Assembly (NCBI GenBank): GCA_963845755.1 | Contig: CAWJTV010000039.1 | Span: forward strand, 401,457 to 465,456 | Length of the DNA: 64,000 nucleotides | Reading direction: 5' to 3' | From: an uncultured Planctomycetota bacterium | GTDB lineage: Bacteria > Planctomycetota > Planctomycetia > Isosphaerales > Isosphaeraceae | Shown here: piece after piece, positions 35,370 through 48,341 of the stretch | How the letters are laid out: each line of letters opens with the position of its first letter | How positions within the stretch are numbered: the first letter of the stretch is position 1 | The notes under the pieces: generated by a model | The model's input: the letters and a program-made list of their open reading frames with translations, nothing else | Told to the model about the DNA's origin: nothing | Database searches by the model: none | Translations under genes and position numbers: made by a program

Positions 35370-36413
35370 ATGTCCCGAGACCAGGATTCGTTCGCGGTCG
35401 GTGAGTCGCCGCTGACCGACCTGCGCTCGTTGCTCGGCTCGGTGTTGGTGCACGGTCTCATCTTGCTGCTCGCGTGGCGGGCGGTCCGGAGCGCCGCGGG
35501 GCCGCCGGCGGCGGAGACCAGTGCACGGGCGATTCGTGCCGAACTGGATCCGGTGGACAACCGGGCCGATGTGCCGCAGGTCGCCGGAGAAGGCGGGGGG
35601 AGTCCGGGGGATGTCGGGGGGCTCAACAAGTTCGCGATGAGCTCGCCGGATGACCGGACCAGCAGCGCCCAGGCGGATCGTGATCCGGTCGCCGACGCGC
35701 TGTTGACGGAGATCTTACCCAGCGCACCGCGGGGTCCCGAGATGCACGAGGGTGCCTTGCCGGGCCCGCAGACGACCGGCGAGGGCATCATTCCCGGCTC
35801 GGGGTCGGGGGGTGGCGGGGGTTCCGGCGGCGGTACGGGTACCGGCGTCGGACACGGCATCGGGCCCGGCACCCAGTTCTTCGGTGCCCGCGACCACGCC
35901 CATTCCTTCGCGTACGTCATCGACTGCTCCGGCAGCATGGCCTCTCGAAACTCGCTGGAGGTCGCCAAACGCGAGCTGCTGGCGAGCCTCAATCAGCTCC
36001 CCCCCGACGCTGAATTCAGCGTGATCTTTTACAGCCTCACGGCCACAATGCTCACCGATACCAACGGCCGCAGGGGACTGATGAGTGCGACCTCCACCAA
36101 CAAGACCCGGGTGCGAACTCAGCTCGCGACCATCAATCCCGACGGCGGGACCGACCACATGGCCGCCCTGCGCACTGCGCTGGCCCTCAAGCCCGAGGTC
36201 GTCTTCTTCCTGACCGATGCCGACCTGATGACCAACGGCGACGTCAACGAGATCCTCACCGAGGTCGGCACGACCCGGCTCCAGGCCGTGGAATTCGGCC
36301 ACGGACCTCCCATGGCCCAGCGGTCCCCCTTGCATCGCCTGGCCAATACTACCGGCGGCTCCTACTTCTACATCGACGTCACACGCTTCCCCAGGACCGA
36401 GCGGGGATTCTGA
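35370..36413 (+). CDS. vWA domain membrane protein
   Basis: MIDAS motif VIDCSGSM, GGTD, FLTDA. Confidence 0.85.
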   Translation: MSRDQDSFAVGESPLTDLRSLLGSVLVHGLILLLAWRAVRSAAGPPAAETSARAIRAELDPVDNRADVPQVAGEGGGSPGDVGGLNKFAMSSPDDRTSSAQADRDPVADALLTEILPSAPRGPEMHEGALPGPQTTGEGIIPGSGSGGGGGSGGGTGTGVGHGIGPGTQFFGARDHAHSFAYVIDCSGSMASRNSLEVAKRELLASLNQLPPDAEFSVIFYSLTATMLTDTNGRRGLMSATSTNKTRVRTQLATINPDGGTDHMAALRTALALKPEVVFFLTDADLMTNGDVNEILTEVGTTRLQAVEFGHGPPMAQRSPLHRLANTTGGSYFYIDVTRFPRTERGF

Positions 36414-37149
36414 GCGAGAGCGCCCAGGACCGACCGCACGGCGAGTCGAGCGTGGCCACGATCGGTCCGGCGATTCCTCGAGCCAGGCCTCAGGACGTCC
36501 AAGCTCGCATGGTCGCGAGCGATCCACGACTGGGTCCATAACGAACGGGTGCCGCGGTGGAATGCCGCGTCCGGAAAAGAAAATGTGGAAGACGCAAAGA
36601 CGGACCAGGGACCACTGACCACTACCCAAGCGTCAGGCGGTTGTGTTTAATCGCTTGGGAAAAAAGCGGGGTCTGCGATTCGGATCGGGAAACCCATCCG
36701 GGTCTGGGACGTGCCCGAGTGGACCGGCGCCGGGGGCGAGGGTGATGGCGCCCGCGCCAGAATCCGCGCGTCGGTCAGACCGTCGGAGTCGGACCGACCG
36801 GTCGAACCGGCCTCCGGCCCCGCGGACCGTGAACGTCGTCAGTACTGGCCCGTTGGCGAGTGCCGACCGGTGGAGGGACGGCGTCCCGTTCTCCGATCGG
36901 GCCTTCGTCGAGCGGGGCGGGTGACACGGACACAACGTCAAGCGGAGTCATCACTTCGGCGATGTCGATCTGTTTGCCGTTTCCCGATCGCTCGATCTCG
37001 AACCGACCGGTTCTCTCTCATCACAACCAATCTCGAGGATTCCGTAGGTGCTCTGCGAGCCCCCGACCCCCGTCGCGGTGCTCGTGGCGTTCCCGACAAC
37101 CGCTGTCTACCCAGACCGAAAAAAAACCTTGAATCAGGAGACAAGGATC

Positions 37150-39939
<2,790 letters not shown>

Positions 39940-40200
39940 GCGGCAAGCGGGAATCCGGAATCTCGAATCGGGAATCTGTTGAGCTCGAACACGCCTCCTT
40001 GGGACGGCCCCACCGTCCCCGGGAGGCGTTTCTTCTTCCCGTTCGAACCGAAAGCCTCCCTCGGACGGCTTGGGGCCTTCTCGCCGGCGAGGGCGACCGG
40101 TATAACCAAAGTCAACCGATTCCCGGTTCCCGACAACACCCCGGAATCGCGAATCCGGGATCGTGACGGATCGACGGCTTCTCCCTGGGGACGATGACTC

Positions 40201-41113
40201 ATGCCCACGACGATGGCGACGACGACCGCAGCGACGTCCACGGCCCCTGAGGGCGATCGAGGCGCCCCGATCACCCCGATCCCGCGCCGGCCGCTGGGCC
40301 GCACGGGCCACGAGGTGACCCAGTTCGCGCTCGGGGGCGAGGGCGTGCTCCGGACTCATGGCCGGATGGCCGAGGCGGTGGCTGTGATCCACCGGGCGCT
40401 GGACCAGGGTGTGAACTACTGCGACACGGCGCCAGCCTACGCGGGGAGCCTCGACTACTATGGCGCCGCGCTGGGCGAGCGTCGCCGCGATGTGTTCCTC
40501 GCGTCCAAGACGCACGATCGCACCCGCGACGGCTCGCTCCGGCTGCTGGAGGAGAGCCTGAACCGGCTGCACACCGACCACCTGGACCTCTGGCAGCTCC
40601 ATGACCTGCGCACACCCGGCGACCTGAGCGCGATCTTCGGCCGCGGCGGGGCCCTCGAGGCGCTCGTCCAGGCGCGCGAGGAGGGGCGCGTCCGGTTCCT
40701 GGGCCTGACCGGCCACCACGATCCGGCCATCCTGCTCGAGGCGATGGGCCGGTTCGACTTCGATACCGTGCTGATGGCCCTCAATGCGGCCGACGTCCAC
40801 CGGCTGTCGTTCGCCCGTAGCGTGCTGGTCGAGGCGGTGCGCAAGGGGATGGGCGTCATCGGCATGAAGGTCTACGCCGCCGGGAACCTGGTCCGGGCCG
40901 GCGCAGGGCCTGGCGCCGGCCGAGGCCATGGGGTATGTCCTCAGCCTGGCCGGGGTCTCGACCGTCGTCATCGGCTGCTCCAGCCCGGCTGAGGTTGACC
41001 AGAACGCGGAGATCGCCCGCGCGTTCCGGCCCTTCGACGAGCCGGCACGCGGCGCGCTCGAACAACGCACGGGCCGACACGCGGGGGTATTCACCTCCTA
41101 CAAGCGGCCGTAG
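40201..41113 (+). CDS. Aldo/keto reductase (indel near 40910)
   Basis: RRPLGRTG, DTAPAY, ASKT, SLNRLHTDHLDLWQLH. Confidence 0.9.
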
Positions 41114-41531
41114 GCGACCGGCCGGAATTCCCCAACGCCCGACGGGGTTCATGGCCACCCCCGCCCGACACACCCCGCGTGAGACGGCGACGGGTGCCGG
41201 CGCGAGAACGATGCCCCCGATCCCCCCACGGTCGGGTCGGCTCGGTCTTCGCACCGCGAGGGGTTCGAGTGCATTCTCGTACATGAGTCGCCTTCGATTA
41301 AATCCATGCAATCTGGAATTCATGCGCTACAACTCAGATGGTTCCCCGGCATTCTGGCAACGCGGAATGGCGTCATGCCTGACGCGGGACTGTCGTCTCG
41401 GGAGGACGCGGCCGCGCGGGTTGTCCCGATCGAGATAGATTTGCAGGCTGAAGTGATTAGCGGTTTTTCGCTGACTAGGCTGATCTTGCTGATTTGTGAG
41501 GATTCATAGATTGGGGAAGCTGTATCGGCAG

Positions 41532-41725
41532 TTGGGTTCGTTTTCGCGGGTTTTGGGTCGCGCCGCCTGGGCCTGTGGGTTCGATTTGCGGCTTTCGAGG
41601 CTCGTCGCGCGGTCGGTTGGCTTCGTTTTGCGGGTTTCGAGACCCGTCGCACCGTCAGGGTAGGTTCGTCTTGCGGATTCGGGATCCGGCAACTTCTGGG
41701 GTCTTGAGTTCGTTCGTCCGATTTG
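41532..41725. repeat. Five degenerate about-43 bp units with core TTGG(G/C)TTCGTT
   Basis: Cores at about 41532, 41575, 41617, 41660 and 41704. Confidence 0.65.
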
Positions 41726-42082
41726 TTGCTTCCTGTCCGCGGTCAGTTGGGGTTGATCATTGGTCTCGAAGATATCAAGCAAGGATCGAAGGAAGCATCA
41801 CTCAAATTTTTCATGCTCGATTGCATCGCCATGCCTGAGACGACTCGATGCTCGTGCGAAGGGGCGATTCTCAGCATTTCCAGACGACAGACCAAGGGCC
41901 TCTACCCATTTAGGATGCCTCAACTTTGGAAATCCGTTAATGCACCTATGATGAGAATGGTTCATTCTCTCGACGCAACCGCTGACGTGCATGAAATTTA
42001 AAAAATCTCGCAATAATTTTGTGCCGTGTGATTAAGGGCCTGGTTCAAAGCCATGTATCGCTCACTGATAGTCTGTCGCAAA

Positions 42083-42298
42083 AGCCCCAGCGGGGCGATC
42101 GGCCGTAGCCAGGGGCGTGAGCCCCTGGACGATCGACCGCGTCCCCTCGCTTGTCCTTCGAGCCCCGGAGGGGCGACAGAAGTCCTCAGAGCCACAGGGT
42201 TTCTGTCGCCCATCCGGGGCTTACCAGAACGAAGGAACTCCCCGCGTCCAGGGGCTCACGCCCCTGGCTACGTGCTTTCGCCCCCATCCGGGGGGCTC
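42083..42298. repeat. REP-like palindrome cluster
   Basis: agccccagcggggcga, agccaggggcgtgagcccctgg and inverted ccaggggctcacgcccctggct, tcgccccatccgggg. Confidence 0.75.
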
Positions 42299-42353
42299 AG
42301 GATAGGACTTACGGAACAGACTCTGAGCGGTCGGAGCTTCCGGAGAGTGTCTG

Positions 42354-42515
42354 TTGGCCGACCTGCGGTTGCTGACGCAATGGCCGCGCCAGGACGTGCC
42401 GGCACTGACCGGGCCGGGCCATGCCGATCGCGTGCTGTTGTATGAATTCATTCTGGAGGAACTGCGGGAGAGGGTCCCGGCGTGCTCCCATTGGCTGGGC
42501 CGGACGCCAGGTGAC
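42354..42515 (+). pseudogene. Possible transposase remnant abutting the intI break
   Basis: W.RQDVPALTGPGHADRVLLYEFILEELRERVPACSHW resembles, from memory, an IS transposase segment; not verified. Confidence 0.35.
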
Positions 42516-42529
42516 ACTCATTCACTCGA

Positions 42530-43326
42530 AGGCGTTTCGCCTTCTTGAGGATACCGTCAGGGCGGCGGGCGCCGCGACGGAACGTCTGCAACGGCGTCCT
42601 GGCGAAAGGGTGTCGTCGTTCGATCCTGGCCCGAAGGTCGAGCGATCGATCGCGGGCGGGGAACCGGCATGGCCACTCGAGTTCGCGATCGGGGCCGGGG
42701 TATTCCTCGGCCAGGGGGGATGGCAGATTGAGCCGACCGCATCCCTGTCTGATGTCGCGATCGTGCGGACGACGGCGATCCGAGCCTTCGATGGTTCAAT
42801 TCACGATCGAGGCAGAAGGGTCACCGGGTCCTTCTGACCCTTACCGTCGCGGACCACGAGGTGGTTCTGTCCGAGATCGACATCCTCAATCCGGAGGTGG
42901 CGGGACTCCATCAGCCTCCGCCCGGAGTTGTCCAACCGACTGGCCCTGAGTCGTTCATCGCCATCAAGCCGGGCCAGAAGCGCGCGGACCCCGGCGCGCA
43001 TCGCGACGACGGCGAGACACTCTGGCCGCCTCGCCCTGGAGGCGTCGATGCGACCTTGCAAGAGGTGATCGTGGACGGACTGGTCGAGCAAGACCCAGGC
43101 ACTCAACGCCTGGTTCTGCGTCGAGGCCGCGTCATTCTCCTCGACCGCCAGGTGAGTCAGGAACGCTTCCCGTTCGCGTTCGCCAATACGAGGAAATGCC
43201 GCCTACCTGGACGAGGATGAACCGCGAGACCCATGGAACGTGGGGATCCTCGGTGCGAATGCTGGAATGCTACGTCCAAATGACGGATCGCACCTGATCG
43301 AGCTGCTTTGGCGATCGATCCGTGAT
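42530..43326 (-). pseudogene. intI: Decayed, 3'-truncated integron integrase
   Basis: PKQLDQVR, AFLTHLAVEENDAASTQNQALSA, HLRIEDVDLGQNHLVVRDGKGQKDPVTLLP and the IntI-specific insertion LAEEYPGPDRELEW.CRFPA...ERRH; internal stops and frameshifts; HxxR and catalytic Tyr missing. Confidence 0.9.
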
Positions 43327-43384
43327 CCGGTCTCGGGCGTCTTTCCTGGTCGGTTTTGGTCCGTATAAGCCATAGAGATTCTCG

Positions 43385-43413
43385 TTGCAAACGTCGTCTT
43401 TATCGATCATAAT
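43385..43413 (+). promoter_or_regulatory. Candidate cassette promoter Pc
   Basis: TTGCAA-17 nt-CATAAT pointing into the array, about 70 bp before attI. Confidence 0.65.
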
Positions 43414-43428
43414 CAATCTTACGATGTG

Positions 43429-43491
43429 GAATATACGCCCATCTGGGCGGAAAAGAATACGCCCGCGCGGGCTTCGAAACAATGGTTAGCC
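43429..43491 (+). other. Candidate attI site
   Basis: GAAACAATG-GTTAGCC (core 43485-43491) with no attC arm; direct repeat ATACGCCC twice upstream. Confidence 0.7.
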
Positions 43492-43506
43492 GGCGGGAGT
43501 TCTCCT

Positions 43507-43773
43507 ATGCCACGTCTGCGGTTCACGCGAGCAGAGGCGGAGGCTGAAGCGACACGCCGGGCGACTCAACTGGTCTCCGGCATACCCGGCGCCGCCTCGA
43601 GCCGTTGCATCGGCGCGATCCCCGATCCGTTGGCTCCCCGTGGCCGCAGCACGAAGCATCCGGTCTCCTGGATCGTTGCCTTCGTTTTCCACCCACCCGA
43701 GGTCATAATCGACGGCGGTGAGTTGTTTGTCGCGGTCGATCTGGAGACCGGGGCGGTGGCGATCCGGGAATGA
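43507..43773 (+). CDS. Cassette 1: small hypothetical protein (immunity-protein-like)
   Basis: W.VAF...DGGELFVAVD..TG.V pattern; bounded by attI and attC. Confidence 0.6.
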   Translation: MPRLRFTRAEAEAEATRRATQLVSGIPGAASSRCIGAIPDPLAPRGRSTKHPVSWIVAFVFHPPEVIIDGGELFVAVDLETGAVAIRE

Positions 43774-43871
43774 ACAGCGGCGTGCCACCGTCTAACGAGG
43801 CGATGCAGCGGACCCGCCTGTCGGCGGGCCTCTGATCTATGGCGTTAGCCGTCGTTCGAGGAGCAGTGGGC

Positions 43872-44303
43872 ATGGCTTCTGAAGTCGAGGAGGTCATGGC
43901 GGAACCCGAGTACTTCTTTCGCTTCGGTGCCACGCTCCGGATCTTTGGGGACATCGGAGACTTGGAGGCGATCACAGCCGAACTTGGTATCGTGCCAACT
44001 CATGCGCATCGGAGGGACGAGAAGCTTCTGCCGACCTCTCCCAGGGGCTACGAGCATGACATGTGGTCCTACTCCGCTCCGGTACCCCGGGGTCGTCCGC
44101 TGCAAGTCCATCTGGAATCGCTCTGGCTCGCCGTTCGGCCGCACGTCGCCTATCTGAAAGGCTTGAAGGAGCGCCTGTCCGTCAACGTGTATTGCAGCTA
44201 CCATACGAATTGCAGCACCGGAGGCTTCGAGGTTGATCACCGAGCCCTGATCATCTTCGCCGAGCTTGAGGTGCCGTTCGGCGTGTCCGTCGGCATAGCG
44301 TGA
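43872..44303 (+). CDS. Cassette: DUF4279-like protein, copy 1
   Basis: ATLRIFG...ITAELGIVPT...WSYS...HLESL. Confidence 0.75.
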   Translation: MASEVEEVMAEPEYFFRFGATLRIFGDIGDLEAITAELGIVPTHAHRRDEKLLPTSPRGYEHDMWSYSAPVPRGRPLQVHLESLWLAVRPHVAYLKGLKERLSVNVYCSYHTNCSTGGFEVDHRALIIFAELEVPFGVSVGIA

Positions 44304-44386
44304 CACGTCTAACGAGGCGATGCAGCGGACCCGCCTGCGGCGGGCCGCTGATCTTGGACGTTAGGCGGCAGTGTGGAGGCGACGCT

Positions 44387-44653
44387 ATGCGGTCGGCCAC
44401 CCGATCTTCTCTATTCGTGGTCGCGTGGTCGGTCGGGCTGGCCTCGCGCTACGCGAACCGCGGTGATCCTCAGTGGGCCACGAAGTTGCGGGTGGCGTGC
44501 CTGTTCTTCGTCCTCGGAGGAGCCTTGCTCTGGTCGATCCAGAAGATCTCCAAGCGGCCGTGGCCTTGGTTCGTAGAAGGCATCGCACTACCGTTCGTCG
44601 CCGGCGGCTTGATCTACGGGATCGTCGCCGTACGCAACGCGTTCAGGGGATAG
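44387..44653 (+). CDS. Cassette: small membrane protein
   Basis: GGAGG RBS, three hydrophobic segments. Confidence 0.6.
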   Translation: MRSATRSSLFVVAWSVGLASRYANRGDPQWATKLRVACLFFVLGGALLWSIQKISKRPWPWFVEGIALPFVAGGLIYGIVAVRNAFRG

Positions 44654-44755
44654 CTTTGTCTAACAATGCGATGCAGCGGACCCGCTGTGCGGGCCGCTGA
44701 TCTTGGGCGTTAGGCCGCAGAAGGCATACGACTCGTTGAGGCATCAGCACCCGAT

Positions 44756-45346
44756 ATGCTCGAATTGCGATGGGAAGGACCATTCGGATGGCCGGGCCTT
44801 GATCCGGTGGAGCTGCTGACCTCTCTGGCCGACTCTCCGGTGGCGAGTTCCTCTGGCGTTTACCTCTGGACCGTGGAGTATCTCGACGGGTTCCTTATCT
44901 ACGCTGCTGGGATTACTCGGCGGCCGTTCGTGAGAAGGTTTCGCGAACACACCCGCGCTTACCGAGCCGGGATCTACACTCTTTTCGACATGACGTCCCT
45001 CAAACGGGGCGTCCGAGAAGAGCTCTGGCACGGCTTCTGGATGAGGAGGCGAACGGCGGAGAAACAAAGCGAATACGAGAGGCGTCGCGACGAGCTTCGC
45101 GCGGCTGCCGAACTGCAACTATCGAGCTACCGGGTCTTCGTTGCGCCGCTCGGGCCGGTGCCGCGGTTGCTGGAACGTATTGAAGCGTCGATCATGAATG
45201 CGCTTTATTGTGCCCCGGCACCGGCGTCCGACATTCCAGACCGCGGTATGGCATTGGCTCCGCGTTGGCGGACAGAAGAGGCGATAATCGTGCGGAATGT
45301 CACAGGTTTTCTACTTCATGCTCTCCCCGACGAGTTCGTGGTGTAA
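44756..45346 (+). CDS. Cassette: GIY-YIG-like putative nuclease
   Basis: SGVYLW...IYAAGIT...RRFREH...IE. Confidence 0.6.
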   Translation: MLELRWEGPFGWPGLDPVELLTSLADSPVASSSGVYLWTVEYLDGFLIYAAGITRRPFVRRFREHTRAYRAGIYTLFDMTSLKRGVREELWHGFWMRRRTAEKQSEYERRRDELRAAAELQLSSYRVFVAPLGPVPRLLERIEASIMNALYCAPAPASDIPDRGMALAPRWRTEEAIIVRNVTGFLLHALPDEFVV

Positions 45347-45419
45347 AGCTATAATCATGGCCTTCTATGAACACGCTGAGGTCAAGGCCCCCGACTAATT
45401 TTTTCTCGGCGCACCTGCG

Positions 45420-45790
45420 GGCGCGGACAGCGATCGCTCCGAGTCCGACAGCGTGTGTCCTGGCTCCCCGTTTGCGGGGAGCCAGGACGCACGCTGTTTC
45501 TCGTTCTCCAGACAACGCCGGTGGTCCTGCGATCGACACTCTCCTTGTCCTTGCCGAAGAACTCCCGAGACCGCGGCTGGTGGCTTCGTCACGCGCGTCG
45601 CGCCTTCCAGGAGGCCGCGACCACCTTCTCTCCGTGTCGATCCTCACTCAAGGGACCGAGCACCCGTTACTGTGTTCGTCCGCGGACGACTCCGAAGCCA
45701 GGTGTGGGGACAAACCCATCTAACAAACGGTCGGCTGCCGCCAACCAGACGTGCTCGCCCGGTCGCCCCCTCCAGCCCGGTACGCTCGTG
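45420..45790 (-). ncRNA. Candidate bridge/seek RNA in the 3' non-coding end of the IS110 (boundaries approximate; copy 2 about 57860-58230)
   Basis: Nested stems (gatcgacac/gtgtcgatc, gaccgagcac/gtgctcgcccggtc, ggtgg/ccacc, agcc/ggct) with loops matching target and donor; long terminal hairpin at 45448-45497. Confidence 0.65.
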
Positions 45791-45855
45791 ATTCTTCCCT
45801 CAAGGCCCCTGGTTTCATTTTAGTAATAATGTTATTACATGAACAAATTCAGTGG

Positions 45856-47042
45856 TCATTCGACCTTTGCTGATGCAGGCAGTCGGCCGTTGAGCTTCTT
45901 CTCCCACGGCGTGAATTCCGCCCCCTCGGGCACCTCGCCCTGCTCCAGGTATCGCCAGAGCGCGATCAACAACTTGCGAGCCAGTGCCACGATCCCCACC
46001 TTCCGCGCCCGCGCGTTGCCCTCGCCGAACCGACGCTGATACCACTGGCTCAAGGCGCTATTGGGCTGCCAGTGCAGCCAGCCCCAGGCGATCTCCACCG
46101 CCATCCACCGCAGACGGCGATTGCCCGCCTTGCTGATCCCTTGCTCACGACGGCTGTCGCCGCTGTCGTACGGCGTCGGCGCGAACCCGGCCAGGCTCGC
46201 CAGCTCGCGGCGATTCTTGATCGCTCGCCAGCCGAAGAACTCGCGGACGAACAGCGTCGCGCTCATCGGGCCGATCGCCTTGAGGTTGAGCAAGAGCCGC
46301 AGCTTCTCGACGTCGGCCGTCGCGTCGTCGCGGAACGCACGCCTCTGGGCGTTCTCCAGGTCGCGCGCCTGGCGGTCCACCAAAGTCCAGCGGTCGAACT
46401 CGCGGAGGATGCGGGCACTCAGCTCGGCCGGGACCGGCCTCCCATCCCATTGGCGAAGTTGGCCGAGGCGTTCCGGCAACTGGTCATCGACCTCGACATC
46501 GAGGCCGAGGTTGGCGAGCAGGCCTTTTATGCGATTGGAGTGCTCGGTGCGCTGACCCTTGACGGCGATCAGCTCGCGGTGGGGCTGACGGCGATCTTCG
46601 TCGTCGGGCGTGGGGATGCGGACGACGCTCCAGAGCTTGTGCTCGCCGCCGTGATAGCGGATCAACATCGTCAGGAGCTTGCCGACATCGAGACGATCGC
46701 TCTTGGCGCGACGCGCGCGGCGGTTGACCTCGATGCTGGCGGCGTCGACGACCAGGTTCGTGACGGCGTGGTGTTGGAGATAGCGATGGAGCCAGAAGCC
46801 GTCGCGGCCGGCCTCGTAGCAGGAGAGCACGGGGGCGTCACCGGGGAGGGCGAACCGGTGCCTGGCGAGAGGATCTCGCGCTGAAGGGCGTCGAGATCGC
46901 GAGCGGCGATGGTGCGGAGCCGCGGCTTCTGGGCCATGGCGGTGGTGAAGGCGAGGTTCCAGGAGGTCCAGCCGAGTTCGAACGCGAGGTAGAGCGTGTT
47001 CGAGCCGGTGGTGATAGGATGAAGGTCGTGGGTCGCTGACAT
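45856..47042 (-). CDS. IS110 transposase/recombinase (indel near 46865)
   Basis: YLAFELG, SCYEAG, AKSDRLD (RuvC DEDD-type, first D replaced by E), PYDSGDS, ISKAGN, ALARKL. Confidence 0.95.
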
Positions 47043-47272
47043 GGTGAGACTCCGTGGTTGAGAGGGATTTGGTGAAAGACCTCTTCTGAGGAGCTTACCG
47101 TCAGCGGCTCACAGTTTTCTGCCCGGTCGCTCCGGACATAGTATCTAACAATGCGATGCAGCGGACCCGCTGCGCGGGCCGCTGATCTTGGTCGTTAGGC
47201 AGAGGCAGAGGACCTCACCGGCGGCGGTGCGGGAAGTTCCGATTTGCCCTGGCTGGCGGGAGGACGAGCCCA

Positions 47273-48250
47273 ATGGACCTGACCATGGAGCGATGGGAAG
47301 GCGCCGCGGATTCCGAACGTCGGACCATCGCAGTTCGCGTGGCGAGGGAATTGCCGGCCGGCTTCGAATTTGACTGTATCCGGCGCTGTCACATGGGGGA
47401 CCAACAGCATCATGTCGCCCTCTTCCGGCAGGAAACCTCTATTTTCGTGCTAATTCCTGGCGGACCGGTGGTTCTCGGGTATGATGTGGAGCGACCGTGG
47501 CAACCCACCTCCGACGAGCTGGAGAGCTGGCAGGAAGACCGCGACGATTGGTTCGGGCCGGACAACACGATCCAGGAGTCCATCGCCGCGGTCACATTGC
47601 GGCCCCGTCGGGTCGAATTCACTCCCTTCCTCATCGAGACGAGTCCCGAGGAATTCGGCCGGGAACTGGTCGGACTCGACGATCCCATCGTACAGACGAT
47701 AATCCGACACGCTCGGGCCATACCCCACGGTGTCCGAGATGGGGAGGACGCGAGTCCGCAGGATGGAGGATGGATCGATCTTGGCCGAGCGGCACATTGA
47801 CCGCGCCCGGACTCACGCGGACCTGGCGGAGCAACTGGCGGCAGCCGGGTTCCGGTTCCCGACTTCGGACGAGTGGGAATATGCTTGCGGCGCGGGGCGA
47901 CGACACTCTTCCGATGGGGTGACCACGTCCCGTGTAACTGGCCGGACCGGCTGGCCGGCGGGTATGGGGATTCGCCAGGAGGCTTCCCCTATGATTGGGA
48001 TCCCACAGGGGAACCCAATGCCTTCGGAATTGTGATCGGGTTCAACTCCTACAAGAACGAACTGGTCGCGCAAATCGGCACGACACGCGGCGGGGATGGC
48101 GGCGATGCCGCCTGCGGCGGGGCGAGCCAATTCATCCAGTGGCTGAGGTACGCCACGGCCTACTTCGAAGAGCGGTCCTGTCGATTCGACCCGGCGAAGC
48201 CAATCGCGATCGGGTTCACTGTTGGTCGCCGGGTGCTGGCCTTGTCGTGA
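47273..48250 (+). CDS. Cassette: FGE-sulfatase (SUMF1)-like domain protein; frameshifted
   Basis: FVLIPGG..VLGYD, GFRFPTSDEWEYAC, TTLFRWG, PNAFG. Confidence 0.7.
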
Positions 48251-48341
48251 TCCACGGTCGGGTGGCTCGCCTAACCCGGCGTTGCAGCGGACCCGCCTGG
48301 CGGCGGGTCCGCTGAACTTGTCGTTAGCCGGCGGAGGCGTC

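Larger units (their letters stand above)
45364..47144 (-). mobile_element. IS110-family element, copy 1, inserted at the attC R'' CT core (CT at 45362-45363 and 47145-47146)
   Basis: Near-identical to 57805-59584; ends tctatgaac...ggacatagtat flanked by CT. Confidence 0.92.

Noticed and set aside
36420..37140. Riboswitch or small RNA upstream of hppA
   Set aside because: No motif I can recognise; an Rfam scan would be needed
45367..45823. Short ORFs in the IS110 non-coding end (also 57763-58264 and 62790-63312)
   Set aside because: Not protein-like; the region shows RNA stem covariation instead
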